From Basidiobolus meristosporus CBS 931.73 (taxonomy: Eukaryota > Fungi > Basidiobolomycota): a DNA stretch of 51,908 nucleotides. The notes below the pieces were generated by a model, which saw only the letters and a program-made list of their open reading frames with translations, ran no database searches and was not told the DNA's origin. Where the stretch lies: the NCBI GenBank assembly GCA_002104905.1, contig MCFE01000625.1:1-51908 (forward strand), in the 5' to 3' direction. Positions 11,121 to 24,706 of the stretch are shown here, one piece after another (position 1 is the stretch's first letter; every line of letters starts with the position of its first letter). Made by a program: the position numbers and the translations under genes.

Positions 11121-13806
11121 ATGGCGAACGAGGAATCAAGCAAACGAGTTTTAGAGCAGACAGAGGCTAACCACGAAAACTCTGACTCCGATGGTAATCC
11201 CCAACAAGCGGTTTGTTGTATGTCCCTTGACCGATCACTCACTCTTTTCAACAGTGGATATTGGGCCGTTACCTCCCAGCAGTGCGGAAATCGCACCAAA
11301 AAAGAAGCGCAAAGGTACTCTAGACCCGAAAAACCGCCGGATTATTCTTCCGCTCATCCACCTAATACGATTTAGTCTTGGCCCACGAGAAGCTTTACCT
11401 GGATCAATTGCCCAGTTCGGATATGTACGAGCGTAGTTTTATGCATCGCGATGTTTTGAACAATGTAGTAGTCACAAGGTTGGAGGTTTACGGTTTCTCT
11501 TCAGTGGATGCAGCTTCTAAAACGCCCCCGTCGTTTCACCTTCGCTTTACAGTACCGACTTTCTGATCACCACCTCGGTCGATGGCCACTTGAAATTCTG
11601 GAAAAAAACCGAAAAAGGAATCGAGTTCGTCAAGCATTTCCGCGCACATCTAGGTAAGCTTGGCTCCGTAGAAAGGTCCACCCCTACCCTGCAAATTTCT
11701 TACTGAGCACTTCGTTTGGATCAGGCGCGATCACTGGAGTGAGCATATCGGCGGACGGATTGCTTTTTGCTACTATCTCGGTTGACAAGTCATTGAAGGT
11801 ATTCGATGTGATCAACTTTGGTACGTCTCTTTTGTCTTGACTGTGGGCTATTCAGAAAAGCTAAACGAGTCTTCGTTCAAGATATGATCAACATGATTAA
11901 GCTAGACTACGTCCCCGGGTGTGTATGTTGGATGCATAAACGTGGCCAGGCTCAAGCTCTACTCGGTTGGTAAGTTCACAATCAACCACACCCTCGCTTA
12001 TTACAAGAAAGGCATTTCTGACCGTTCTACCTAATAGTGCTGATCAGAACTCCAATACAATTTACATGTATGACGGAAGAGGTTCCAACAAGCCACTCAG
12101 TGCGATCACAAGCATCCACGCCAATCCGGTGATTATCATGAAGGTATGTTGGGATCCTATACACCGCCGCACTCAACACTCACCAACACCATGGATCAGT
12201 ACAACGAGAAGTACGACTGTGTGGTCTCTTCCGATAATGCAGGTTTTCTAGAATATTGGAGCCCTGAGGCCCCTCACGAACTCCCCAAGAGCGTGGACTT
12301 CCAGTACAAATCGGAGACCGATCTATACGAGTTTAAGAAGTCCAAGACTGTCCCTACATCGATCAACTTCTCGCCTGATTTCTCGCAATTTGTTGTGTTG
12401 AGCGTCCAAGATCGCCAGATTCGAGTCTTCAAATTTGCCACGGCAAAAATGATCCGCAAATACGACGAATCCTTAACCGTAGTTAGCGAGATGCAGCAGG
12501 TACCGCCTAGGAGCAACTTGTCGGGGGGAAATCGTGCTAATCTCTCGAATTAGGCTGGGACCGCTGTCTACAAGTTGGATGATATGGAGTTCGGTAGAAG
12601 ATTGGCTGTTGAACGCGAGATGGAAAAAACCCCCCAGATCCATACGATGAACGCCGGTATGTGCACCATGAGACATCGCCCTTCCGCTAGTCGTCGACTC
12701 ACGCGTAATCGCAGTCTTTGACGAGAGTGGTCACTTCATCATGTACCCAACTCTGCTAGGTATCAAAGTAGTGAACATTCACAGCAACAAAGTTGTTCGG
12801 GTCATCGGAAAATCGGAAACCCACCGCTTCTTGAATCTCTCTTTGTATCAAGGCGCACCCCGTAAGAAGGCCGCGGTTTCTCTGGTAATGGACCAGTGAC
12901 CCTATACGCGTTGCATCAGTCATTTACCTTCTCCTTTACCAGGCCATGGCTGCCTCCGATAACCCTACGGTCAAGGAATCGGAAACACTAGACCCTACTC
13001 TGTTCTGCACGGCATACAAGCGCAATCGGTTCTACCTGTTCACTAGAAGAGATCCCGACAAGTATACACCATTCACGATTGGTTTGACGCGTCGAAACAC
13101 TAACCGGGTTATTTAGTGAGGAAAGTTCGAAGGGTGACAGAGATGTGTTCAATGAGAAACCCTCCAGAGAGGAGCAAACAGTCGCAGTCTCGCAGTCCAA
13201 GGCTGCGCTCAGCTCCAGTGCTATCCTGCGCACCACCATGGGTGACATCCATCTTCGACTGTTTCCGGAGCACGCTCCTAAGGCGGTGGAGAACTTTATC
13301 ACTCACAGTAAGAAGGGGTACTACGACAATGTCATATTCCATAGAGTCATCAAAGGGTTCATGATCCAAACCGGCGACCCATTAGGTAAGCAGTCCATCG
13401 AGTCCCAACCACTCCCACTCGAACATGACCACTTAACGGGCCATCTTTTATAGGCGATGGAACTGGTGGCGAATCGATCTGGGGCAATGACTTCGAGGAC
13501 GAATTCCACCGGGAACTGAGACACGATCGTCCGTACACGCTCTCCATGGCCAACGCCGGACCCAACACCAACGGATCCCAATTCTTCATCACAGTTGTCC
13601 CTACGGTAAGTAGCCTTCATTCGTGCATCTCATAAGGATATGCCGGACTCAACATGAATTCCTAGCCTTGGCTTGACAACAAACACACGGTGTTCGGAAG
13701 AGCGGTGGCCGGGATGGACGTCGTCCACGCCATTGAGAATGCCAGAGCGGACAAGATGGACAAGCCCTACGAGGATATCCAGATCCTCAACATCGAGATT
13801 CGCTAA
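11121..13806 (+). CDS. PPWD1: Peptidyl-prolyl isomerase domain and WD-repeat protein (spliceosomal cyclophilin), multi-exon
   Basis: Exons give [54 protein letters not shown] and the cyclophilin domain [50 protein letters not shown]...[18 protein letters not shown]...[11 protein letters not shown]. Confidence 0.95.
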
Positions 13807-13891
13807 ACCCGCCCCCTCTCCTCAGTACCATCAAAGCACGTTTATTGAGAAAGAGAAATAAATGTACATTCAAAAGCCCAACATCACAAGC

Positions 13892-14951
13892 TCATTTCAT
13901 CTTCGCTGGTAAGATCAATCTATCGTTGCGCTTCCAGAACTCGAACAGCGCGAGCGCCAACCGGTCCGGCAAATCCTCCTGTATGGCGTGGCCAGCCTCG
14001 GGCAAGACGAGCAGCTGGAATCTCCCTTGCATCTGGGCTATGGTCAGCTCCTTGTCCAGCCTGTCTGTCCCGGCCAGAATGAGGATCTTGGCAGTGGATG
14101 AGTTCAGGAAGCGTTTGGAGAGGCCGGTAAACCACTCCTCCCAATATTTCTCCGTTTCGTAAAGGTCGATCTGCCATTTGTATCCTTTCGAGGGCTCCTC
14201 AGGATCAATCGGCTCAAGCAGGGAGGGTACCGACACCTTGGCCGACTCGAGGTTGTGAATGGTTCCTGATCTCAGGTTCCATTCAATAGCCTTCTCGATG
14301 GTTGGGAATTGTGAGGGCCTCGTCTTTAGATAGGCTTTCATCCCAACCAAAGACTCCAGGGCGGTGCCCTCCACCACGTCGATCACCGCCAGCCCGATCA
14401 GTTTCTGGATTTTGCCACTTTCAGCCAGGTGCGTGACCACCGCACCACCCAAACTGTGTCCAACCAAGAGGAGCTCGGTCTGGTCGACGTTCGGGTACAC
14501 CGTAGTTAGTATGTTCCATAGATCGTCGGAAAGGGTGCTCAGCCGCAGGTCCTTCCCGCTCTCATTCAGCGAGCCGCCGTGGGAGCGACAGTCGAAGCAT
14601 CAGGATCGTCACTTTGTCGCTTAATTTCCGGATCTCCTTCACCAGAACCGCGAAGGAGAGCGCGGTCAGACCGGCACCATGGTGCATCACAAACACCGGA
14701 CCGGCTTCCTCGCCCTCTTTGACCTTTCCGAAGCTCTCGTAGATCCTGAACGTGTCTCCGGAGACCTGGACGTCTCTTCGGATGTCGAAATAGGTGCCCC
14801 ATTCCACCTGATTGTAGTCCCGCTTTCGAGTGGATCTGGTGAGGGCGGGCAGAGCAAACTCGTCCTTTTTTTGTGCGGTGCTGTTTTCTGGGACCGGTGG
14901 TAGCTGGGTCAAGGCCGCTTTCTTCAGGAGGGAACGCTGCAAGTCGGACAT
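13892..14951 (-). CDS. PPE1: Protein phosphatase methylesterase 1 (alpha/beta hydrolase), with an apparent +1 frameshift at about 14600
   Basis: VFVMHHGAGLTALSF, FDCRSHG, the nucleophile motif VGHSLGG, AVIDVVEGTA, KILILAGTDRLDKELTIAQMQGRFQL and GHAIQED. The two halves are in different frames with one extra base (ATC CTG A TGC TTC GAC) and no GT-AG intron. Confidence 0.92.
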
Positions 14952-15148
14952 GATACAATCAAGTTGAACCAAACGAGACCCACCACGCCATCCCCAAATA
15001 CGTGGAGTGGATCTCATGGATCCTGAGGGAATCTAATCATACGTTAAGCACAGATGAATTTCATGATTGTTTATCGGGCTCGGCACAAGAACAAGGTCCG
15101 ATTGCGTTTATTAATAATATGAACGGGTGACAGGGCCGAATCCCAGCC

Positions 15149-15988
15149 TCAATGGATCTTCTTGGTCTCTTCCAAGTCTGCTTTCTCCGGTACGTTCTGT
15201 TGGTTGGTAATGCTGGTTTGCACGAGGTGGAGGGACACCAGTATCTTGTGAACTACCCTCTGACAGATCAGGAACCAAAACAGCACACTGACCGAGCCTG
15301 GTTCCAAAGGTACCGTCAGCGCTGAATAACATCGAGGGGATCAATGGAAAACATACCAGTGGGCGCGGCTGGATAAGAGAAAATGAAGGTGATGGGGCTG
15401 AACCAGCCCTGGGGGAGATAGAACATCGGCTCGTATCTGTACCAAAAAATCGCCGTGATCCTTGCCCCATACAGCACTACACGTGAAGCGATGCTCATCT
15501 TGACTTCAAACCCGGTCTTATCGTATGCCAGGTCAGTAGCTGTTACGAGCGTTGGTTAGGCCGTGGGGGAAACCTGCACTGGACCTATGTGGGGGACGTA
15601 CCTAATTTGTCGTATTTGGCTGTCGCAGCATCCAACTTTCTTCTGATCCTGGCCCACTTTGCGAATTCGTCCTATTCGTCGGAAGTTGGAGACCAATCTG
15701 GAGGGGAGGATAAAGGAGGGGTCACTCACTTGGGAACTGGTCTGTCGTAGCTGGGTCTTCAATTCAAGGATCTCCTTTTTGTGCTGACGTAACTGTAGCA
15801 CGCTGCTCCTCTGCACCGCAAGCTTATAAAGTTTGTAACTCTGTCCCGAACGTAAGCGGTTAGCCCTCTTGAACTTGGACCGGGGGTGGTGGCCGTCTTA
15901 CCTGAGTCACAAAGTACGAGTATCCAACATACTGGATGAACTCGCAGATAATCGCTACTAACAGAACCACAAGCGCAGCTTGTACCAT
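15149..15988 (-). CDS. GET1: Guided entry of tail-anchored proteins factor 1 (GET1/WRB family), multi-exon
   Basis: Spliced: MVQAALVVLLVAIICEFIQYVGY...LKTQLRQTSSQDEFAKWARIRRKLD...FWYRYEPMFYLPQGWF...SYPAAPTGSVSVLFWFLIC. Carries the QDEFAKWA and P.F.LP.GWF signatures. Confidence 0.88.
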
Positions 15989-16220
15989 GCTCACTCTTGT
16001 GTAGGAGAGGGTTAACCAGATATATCGATGGGAGAGTATTCACGATTGTATGCATGTTTGATTTGGATTTTATCAAATCTACTTGGTCGGTGACTATCGA
16101 ACATGTCGCCCATGGAAAAAAACCGCCCCGTCACGTGATCGGATCTAATCAACCTGTCAAAGTCTCGTACCTCGACAAGCAACAATTCAAGCATAGATCC
16201 AAGTGTTCATAAAGTGTTCG

Positions 16221-16262
16221 AGCACCCTCAGCACCCTCAGCACCCTAGGCACCCTAGCACCA
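16221..16262. repeat. Short tandem repeat (AGCACCCTC-like 9-mer, about 4.5 copies) in the GET1/CDS1 divergent intergenic region
   Basis: AGCACCCTCAGCACCCTCAGCACCCTAGGCACCCTAGCACC read directly. Confidence 0.8.
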
Positions 16263-16438
16263 CACCCTCTCCACATTCATTTCGTCATTAATTAGTGCCC
16301 ACACCACTGATTGGGTCGCCACACTAATTCGTTGGTAGTTAAGGCAGTGATGACTGCACTTTCATGTGACAAGCAAAGATTAGGCATATCGGACCTTTTG
16401 CATCAATCCGACGGGAGCCTTTTGACATCATCCATACC

Positions 16439-18246
16439 ATGGTAAAACGCCGCAAGAGTCAGAAAACCCTCGGCAACCAGAACGACGCAGTCACCGTTCA
16501 AACCACCACGGCAAACGACCAGGTCAAAGCCGAGGTAACAAAGGCGTCTACTTTCCCTTCACTCCGAGTACACCGTTGGGTGTGCACGTTTTTCGACTCC
16601 TCCCCCTCTAAAGCGCACCCTTTCTAGTGACCGCACCACTTACACACCACTTTGTCTCTAGATCCCGGGCTCGGGAGTGCTGCTGGTAGACCAGGCAAGC
16701 GACAAGAAATGGAAGAACTGGTGGGTGAGAACGACCTGGACGCTTATCATGATCGGGGGTTTCTTTATGATATTGGCGGCCGGTCACTTGTACGTGGTGA
16801 TGCTCGTCATGGTGTTGCAGAACGTCGTTTACAAGGAGGTGATCAGCCTCTCACACGAGCCGAACAAAGAGAGGAAACTCCCGTGGTTCCGGGCCCTCCA
16901 CTGGTAAGTGCACCTGGGTCCAAAGAGGTTGAGGACCGCTTTGCTGAGCCGAAATTTCCCGGATAGGTACTTCTTGCTCACGACGAATTATTTCCTCTAC
17001 GGGGAATCGATCATCTACTACTTCAAGAGATGGGTGCTTGTGGACGCATTCTTGCTGCCCCTCGCGACCTATCATCGATTCATCTCGTTCATGCTTTACT
17101 GCTTTGGTAGGCACCTTTCCGAAGTATCGTTCACCCGCAGATGGACTAAGTAACATCCACCCTGCAGGATTCGTCTGGTTCGTCACCAACCTAAAGAAAG
17201 GCCACTACAAGTTCCAATTCAAGCAATTCGCCTGGACCCACATGGCGCTGCTGCTGGTGTGCTGCCAAAGCCATTTCATCATCAACAACATATTCGAGGG
17301 TCTGGTTTGGTTCTTCCTTCCGGTGGCGCTGGTGATCTGCAATGACATATTTGCCTACGTCTTCGGGTTCTTCTTCGGACGCACACCGCTGATCAAGCTG
17401 AGCCCGAAGAAGACGGTGGAGGGGTTTATCGGAGGATGGGTGTCCACCATCCTATTCGCATTCATGGTGAGCGTTCCCAGCTGCATTCCTTCCCCGCCCC
17501 CCTCGATGACGTTTCTCACTCCCACTAGTTTTCCATTGTGCTGATCAAATCGAAATACATGTGCTGTCCGGCGGAAAACTTCTCCACGAACGCGTTCAGC
17601 GACATCAGCTGCGATCTGAACCCAGTCTTCATCCCTGTAGAGTACAGGCTCCACCCGTGGACGGTCCGACTCACCTACCTACTGGTAACTATGTCTGCGT
17701 TCGATTCGGCCCATTGAGCTTTCTCTAACCATCTCATCCCCTTCCCAGTTCCGCACCGAGGTTCACCAGATCTATATCGCCCCGCTTCAGCTGCATGCTT
17801 TTTTCATGGCCTCCTTCGCCTCGCTGATCGCTCCATTTGGGGGCTTCTTCGCGAGCGGATTAAAGCGCGCGTTCAACATCAAGGTTGGCCTCGGGATCCA
17901 GCAGTCGCACCTCCATTATTTTGACGACTAACTCGTGTCATAGGACTTCGGAGACTCCATCCCAGGACATGGTGGGATTACTGATCGCATGGACTGCCAG
18001 TTCCTCATGGGCTTCTTCTCCTACATCTACTACCAGAGCTTCATTAAGGTTGGATTCGGTATGGACCAGTGGCGACCGCCCCTTACTAACCTCCATCTGT
18101 AGAGCGCGACCGGCGCGTCGATTATCATTCTTCAGGACATCATCAACAATCTGTCGGTGAACGATCAGCTGGACGTCTACTCGAATTTGCAGGAATACTT
18201 GGTGAACCAGAAACTGCTGGCGGAGAAAGTGGCGGAGTGTACGTAG
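16439..18246 (+). CDS. CDS1: Phosphatidate cytidylyltransferase (CDP-DAG synthase), multi-exon
   Basis: [120 protein letters not shown]. Confidence 0.96.
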
Positions 18247-18730
18247 ATCCATGTCGAGGGGTAGAAAATCGATCGTCCCCACCCCGAGAATTTTGAATAA
18301 AGTGCCTAAACCTCAGCATGTGCCCACGAGTTTGTACACTGTATCGACGATGGAGTTCAGGTGGTTACGATGAGGGCCACCCCTCCAAATCCGGCCCGTG
18401 TGAATGGGAAAGGGGGATCGATTGCCGGGAATGGATAGATTGGGTACGGCTCATGGAAGCCAACTTGATGATTACCATAGCTGTGGGATCTATGTGGAAA
18501 CCGGAATCAACCATTCCTTGGGCGGATTTGCATGGCGGCGATGTGGAACAGGAATTTCTCAGTCATCCCGCACTCTAAAGGCAATCGGCAAACCTCGTGC
18601 GTGTCAACGGCTGTTGGCTACGAAGTGGGATCCGTGAGGCAGCTAGGATGGGGACATCCACCCGGTACGTTGCTATATAAGCTTTCCCTCCAATCGACCA
18701 TCTAGCCTTAAAACCAACACCGCCTCGACA

Positions 18731-19973
18731 ATGTCGCTACGTTCCTACCTTCTGAGCGCCCTCCTCGGTTTGGCCCTGGTAAATCATTACGCCGCCGCCC
18801 AGGAGATCGACCTCACCAACCGCTATATCATCAAGATCAAGGATGGTGCAGATGCTAACAAAGGTACTCGGTTGAACCCTCCTGGCGAAAGTTCAGCATT
18901 AACCCACTTCATCGTTCGTAGCGGAGCAGTATCTAAAGAGCAAACTGGACCAGTACAACCGTGGCCGTAGCGGGAATAACACCATCAAGAGCGAGCTCAA
19001 GGACAAGTTCACCATGCAGAGCTTCAACGCGTATTCCAGCGTGCTTAGCGAACCACTGGCGAAGGCGCTCCTGGAGAATGGCGACGTGGAATACGTCGAG
19101 GCGGAGCAGATCTTCAAAGCCACCGGGGTCCAGCAGAACCCTCCGAGCTGGGGTCTGTGGAGGGTATCCCAACGTGATCGGAACCCTTCAGCGCCCTACA
19201 ACTACCCAGACAGCGCGGGTTCGGGGGTGGATGTGTACATCATCGACACCGGAATCAATGTGAAGCATGTGGATTTCGGAGGAAGGGCCACTTTCCCGAG
19301 GAGCTTTATCAGTGGTGAGGCGGTGGAGGACCTGAATGGGCATGGGACTCATGTGGCCGGAACCGTAGGTGGAACCACGTATGGGGTGGCGAAGAAGGTG
19401 AACCTCATCGGAGTGAAGGTGCTGAACAAGAACGCCAGTGGAAGCACCTCGGCCATCGTTGCGGGGATCAACTGGGTTGCCCAGCAAGCGAAAGCCACTG
19501 GTCGTAAAAGTGTGGCCAACATGTCCCTAGGTGGTGGGAACAGTGATGCCCTCAAGAGTGCAGTGAACGCGGCCGTGAAATCCGGGGTCAGCTTCTTCGT
19601 TGCTGCCATGAATGACAATCAGGACGCGTGCAACGTTTCCCCCGCGAATGCTGACGGGGCGTTCACGGTCGCCGCGACCACCATTTCCGATACCGCGGCC
19701 AGCTTTACCAATTACGGTCGGTGTGTGAACATCGCTGGACCTGGTCTAGACATCACCTCGGCCTGGATTGGTGGCAACAACGCCTACAGGAGAATCTCGG
19801 GTACCAGCATGGCCACCCCACATGTCGCAGGAGTAGCTGCACTCTACCTGGCTCAAGAAAACCTCACCTCGCCCCAATCCGTTTACGACACTCTGGCTGC
19901 GAGAGCCACCAAGAATGCCATCACCGGCTTGAAGGGCAACACCCCCAACCTGTTGGTCCACAACAGCAAATAA
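18731..19973 (+). CDS. Secreted subtilisin-like serine protease (S8A, proteinase K type) with I9 propeptide, one intron at about 18863-18920
   Basis: Signal peptide MSLRSYLLSALLGLALVNHYAAA, then NRYIIKIK propeptide. Catalytic triad in IIDTG, NGHGTHVAG and GTSMATPHVAG. TATATAA at about 18674. Confidence 0.96.
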
Positions 19974-20078
19974 GAAATCCGACTACTTGGCTTGAATTTA
20001 TTTTAACCTGAACATATATGAATTGGAAGATGAATGTGAATAAAGCTACAATAAGTGAGATCGATCCAACCCTGGCCA

Positions 20079-23000
20079 TCATTCCGGAATGGAGTTCGCC
20101 GAGTGGAAGTCCGATTCATCCAGAAAACCTATTTGCCTCCAATAATCTAGATAGCGAGCAATAAGGGACTCACCAATCTGTGGACATTCCTGGCCCAATG
20201 CCAGGGACCGCTCGCATGTGATGGTTGTGCTTAATTTGATCTCGGTGGAGGGGGAAGGTGCGTGGGCCATCTTCTCAAAAAACGGTAGTAATGTGAAGAT
20301 TGGATCGGTGGCTCGGAGGTGTGAGTCACTTTGGGCCAACTCCAATAGGTTGATCCACCATTCCTCCATAGACATCATCTTGATCTGGCGACCAGTGAGG
20401 TTGCCAACATATCCAATGAGCTCACTCCATGACTCAGCTGGGTGTGGATTCACCTCATGGTAGACTGAGATGCTCTCATCTGGTTGCTTTTGCCGGGTAA
20501 TCAGCTCTACCAGACTCTTGGCTCCGATGTTCACCGGAATCCAATCAGTGGGTAGGCTCATCATTGGTGACACCCCAGTCTTGATAGCGTTGCGGATGAG
20601 AATAGGGAACTGCTCGCGAGTATTCCAGGCTCCGGTCGTGCTGTTGCCCGATATCTGGCCATATCGAAAGATTGTCACCGGCAACCCTTGCTGGGCCATT
20701 CTGACCAGCGCCTCCTCCGCGACCAGCTTTGACCTGCTGTATCCATTTGGCATTGCAATGCGGATATCTGGTGGGTGAGGGGCCTCGGGGATCAGGGACC
20801 TCGAGTCAGCAGCAGCATGCACCAATGCTCGATATGAATATGTACTGCTTGGGCGCAAGTCCAGACACTGCGAATTTCGCTAGGTTCAGGGTCGGGAGTA
20901 GGCAAGTGGGCTCGAACGCCTCAAGGTTCGAGTTGAAATCCATTCTCCAGGCCCCATGGTAGATGTGGGTGATATTCTCCCTCAAATGGTTGAACGTGGC
21001 CTCGTCTAGGCCAAAGTGGGCATCACTCAGGTCACAGGGGAGCACCGTGAGCCTGTCCTCATTAGCCAGCAGCGCTTCCTTGCTCAGGTGGAAGTGGTCG
21101 AACGCCCCCTCGAGTTTTCCTCTCGACGCATCCGCGCTGTCCCCACGAATCAAGCAGTATACGTGATCGACCTCGTTGTTCAGTAACAGCTCGTGGATTA
21201 CGTGGATGGCCAGATACCCAGAGGCTCCAGTCATCAGGATGTTCATTCCAGCCGAGTCATGAGGTGACTGCTTGGCTCCGAATGGACCGATATCCTTGAG
21301 GGTGTACTTGTCGACGAATCGCTCAAAGTAGGCGTCAAGATCCTCAACATCATCCTCAGCCCCATTCTGGGTCTTGGCTGCGTTGGAAGCGCGAACTAAA
21401 TACTCGGTGAGTGATTGGATGGTTGGATATTCGAACACTAACGAGTAGGGAAGGGTGAGGAAGCCGAACCTCTTCGAGATCACACTGCGGAACTCCATGG
21501 CTGCAATGGAGTCCATCCCGAGATCTACGAGGGATGAGCCATGGTTCGCGAAGTGTTGCGCACCCACATCGAGTATGCTCGCAATGCTGGTCTGAAGGAA
21601 TCCTCGGATATTCTCCGGCTCCACGACTGCCTCCTTCGCAATGGTGAAGATGTGCGAGCCCAGGGCCTGGATGGTTGCGTTGTCGAAGATGGAAGCAAAG
21701 GCGAGTTTGAGCTCAGGAATCTGAGCCATGATTCTGCCGTGGAGCTCCATCGCGGCAATCGAGTCCATCCCCATATCAATGAGGGATTTGGAGTGGTCAC
21801 TGAACAGCTCAGCGGGCTGATTGAGGATCTCCGCAATGGTTTGTTGAATGAAGCACTCGATGGAATCAGGATTGATCACCATTTCTTGAGAACGACCTGA
21901 CTTTGTGTCGCCCTGTTGGTACAACTCCTCAATCTCCTTCTCGTACTCGATCAAGATCTTTTTGCGAGCAATGTTCCCTTTGGCCGTGCATGTAAGGACT
22001 CTACCTGGGGGCAGGGTGTAGATCATATTTCTACGTATTCTGGAGTGTTTAGGAATCTGTTGATTGATTTTCTCGACCAAACTCAAGAGCAACTGATACG
22101 AATCATCCCGATCCTTATTGGATGATAATTCCACTAGCAGGCAAGTGCCAGTCCTGTTCGAACCCAGGATGGCGATGTTGGAGAATGCGCCTCTCCCTTC
22201 AGCCACCAACTGTTTCTCAATGGGTAGTGGCCTGGTCTTCTCACCATTGCTGTGCACGAGGATATCATCGTATCTTCCTCTGTACAGCCATTTGTTTGAG
22301 CCGACTGGAGTTTCAACGAAGATGTCACCAGTATGGAATGCTCCTGTCTGTTGATTAATGGAGAGACCAGGAGCCAAGAAAGGCTCGCCTTCCAGAAACA
22401 CCAGTTCTTTCCCCTCATCCCCTTCTATCGGCATGAAACGAGTGAATTCTGGGTGACATGGGATCAGTAGATTCCACTCTTTGTTACTCCTATCGGCATC
22501 AGCAAATAAGGCCGGGCCACTTGTCTCAGTCATTCCGTATAGCGATACAAGATTGATACCTTGGTCAATGTATTTTTCGGCAATCTGCTCCGAGAACGCA
22601 GCGCCACCAAAGATCACTAATTTAAAACTCCTCATCAAAGGATACACCGTAGGGTCCTCCTCAGCAACAAAGTACACCTGTTCAAGCAACCATGGGACGA
22701 GTAGCAGCATGGTGGGCTTGTACTTTTTCAATGTGTTGACGATATTTTGCCCAGTAGGAATAAAGGTGCCTGAAGGAGCAGGAGGGACGATATACGTCGC
22801 TCCATAGTACAGCATTCTCAGATATTCGCATATAACGCTGGCTACATGGAACAATGGCAGAAACCCGCAGGCTGAGCTGTTGGAATCAATCAAGCCGCTC
22901 TGTGCATACTCTCCGTACTTGATACCTGTCATGATTTGTTTGTTGCCCTGAGCGATGAGTTTGGGAAACAGTGTACTGCCTGAGGTGTGTATGTACATGA

Positions 23001-23550
23001 TAGTACGGTTGGAGTCTTCTAGACGGCCTCTTCCACGGGCCTCCATCTCGGGGGAAATAGGGTAGGTTTCGTTCTCCTTGAGGCTCAGGCCAGGGATACT
23101 AGAGTAGTCCTCGGGGCTATTCTCAGTTATGAAATAGATTTTTAGTCCAGGGATTGCTTCCTCAAGAATCTTTGCGGTCTGCTCATATTGGGGGTGGACT
23201 ATCAGGACATCCGCTTTTCCATCTTTTAGGAGATGAGTCAAAGCATCCACCGAGTTCTTTGTGCTCAGTTGCAGTGCAACAGCTCGGGCCCTGATCAGGG
23301 AGAGCACCAAGGCACAGTACTCCACACAATTGGAAGAGAGGATCCCGACCACCGTGTTCTCTGTAATTGGTATATCAAACGTTTCCCACAAGTGAAAGGC
23401 GTTGTATATGGACATATCTCTAAGCTGCTTATAGGTGACCATGTGCTCTTTCTGTTGAGCATCTGTGTGGATGATGGCCGTATTGGACGCCATCTTCCTG
23501 GCGTAATGGTCTAGTAGAGTGTTGAAATCGTTGAATTGGACACTTGGCAT
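20079..23550 (-). CDS. NRPS-like adenylate-forming (carboxylic acid) reductase copy 1, A-T-T-R, one frameshift at about 20814
   Basis: A domain: HTSGSTLFPK, YGMTET, FHTGD, GRYDDILVHSNGEK, AKGNIARK. Two T domains: DMGMDSIAAM and DLGMDSIAAM. R domain: TGASGYLA, HGAWRMDF, NGYSRSK, FRYGQISG. The C-terminal 259 aa are in another frame because of one extra base relative to copy 2. Confidence 0.92.
20343..22065. repeat. About 1.7 kb near-identical direct repeat, copy 1 (pairs with about 24951-26671)
   Basis: Line-by-line comparison at an offset of about 4607 shows only scattered substitutions. Identity drops sharply outside the tract. Confidence 0.93.
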
Positions 23551-24706
23551 TCTGATTGTTTAATGTTTGGCACTCCATCGCCAAACACCGCATTTTATAT
23601 TGGTTCTTAGGTGCGTCACCCATGCTACGACGCGCCTGAAGTAGCATAGTCCTCGGCGGAACTGGAAAAACTAATCGGTCCTTTGTAATGCCAGGATGGG
23701 GAGGCATAATCATCCGTGTTTCGACCTTAGTTGTCAAGATGGTACCCTCGCTTACATTCGATGCAATTGATTCGGTCGTGCGGTGCGTGTATGGTGACTC
23801 AGTTTATCCACATGTATACATTTCATTCAGGGGCCTATTCTCTTCATCGGAAATGCAAATATGAATAGTGCATTGCCTGATACCCCTGAGAACCCATTGT
23901 TAGGAGAACTTGGATTTTGCAGCAAGCACCTGAATTCGATACGCGTACGATTACCTAATGAAACCCCATACTTGCTTCACCTGACATCGGATTTAAATTT
24001 CTCCCGAGACTCTTCTATCCTCGATGAGAAGCTGACATTCATTGCCATTAATAACTATTAGTAACCGTTAATAAATCGTCACAAGCAAATCCTTCAGAAA
24101 CCAGGATTTCAGATTCCCGATAGGCGGGTCACGAATTAATAGAAGAAACTAGGAGTTACTGATGCTGGTCCTTGGTTATCAGCATCAATCCATCTGTTCA
24201 CACTAGGCAGAAGAAGGAGGAGCTCCATATCAATGTTATGGAGGCTGGGGATGAGGTAATTATTACATGGATCCATGGCGCGTGAATACCCAACGTACAA
24301 CACCCACTTTACCATTGCAAAGAGAGTTGATTGGAAATCAGGCTGATGCTTTGATTGATGGCTATATCTGAGTTACACCTGATTCTTGTGAAACATGTAC
24401 TGCTTGATTAGGGAGTAACTGTGATGCCCAAATCGCTCCATTCGATAGGTCACTTCATGACTTTGTAGGTTCAGTTACTAGATTTACGCCCTTATTCGTG
24501 ATAGATATGATGTCAAGGCCCTGACATGCCAGCTACAAATAATCATGATTGTAGTCAAGTAATAGGTTCGGGTTGGGTTCGGGTTCAGTCAAGCTCGGAC
24601 TTCAGTTAGGTTTTATTATCTCATTATTACATACAAAGAATTGTTAGGCCAGTGTTAACTGTAGAATGTTGCTTGACTTGTATATTACAGTTGATAAGCT
24701 GGAGGG

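Noticed and set aside
24565-24590. GGTTCGGGTTGGGTTCGGGTTC as an interstitial telomere
   Set aside because: Four degenerate units with no exact TTAGGG. Compatible with chance low-complexity sequence.
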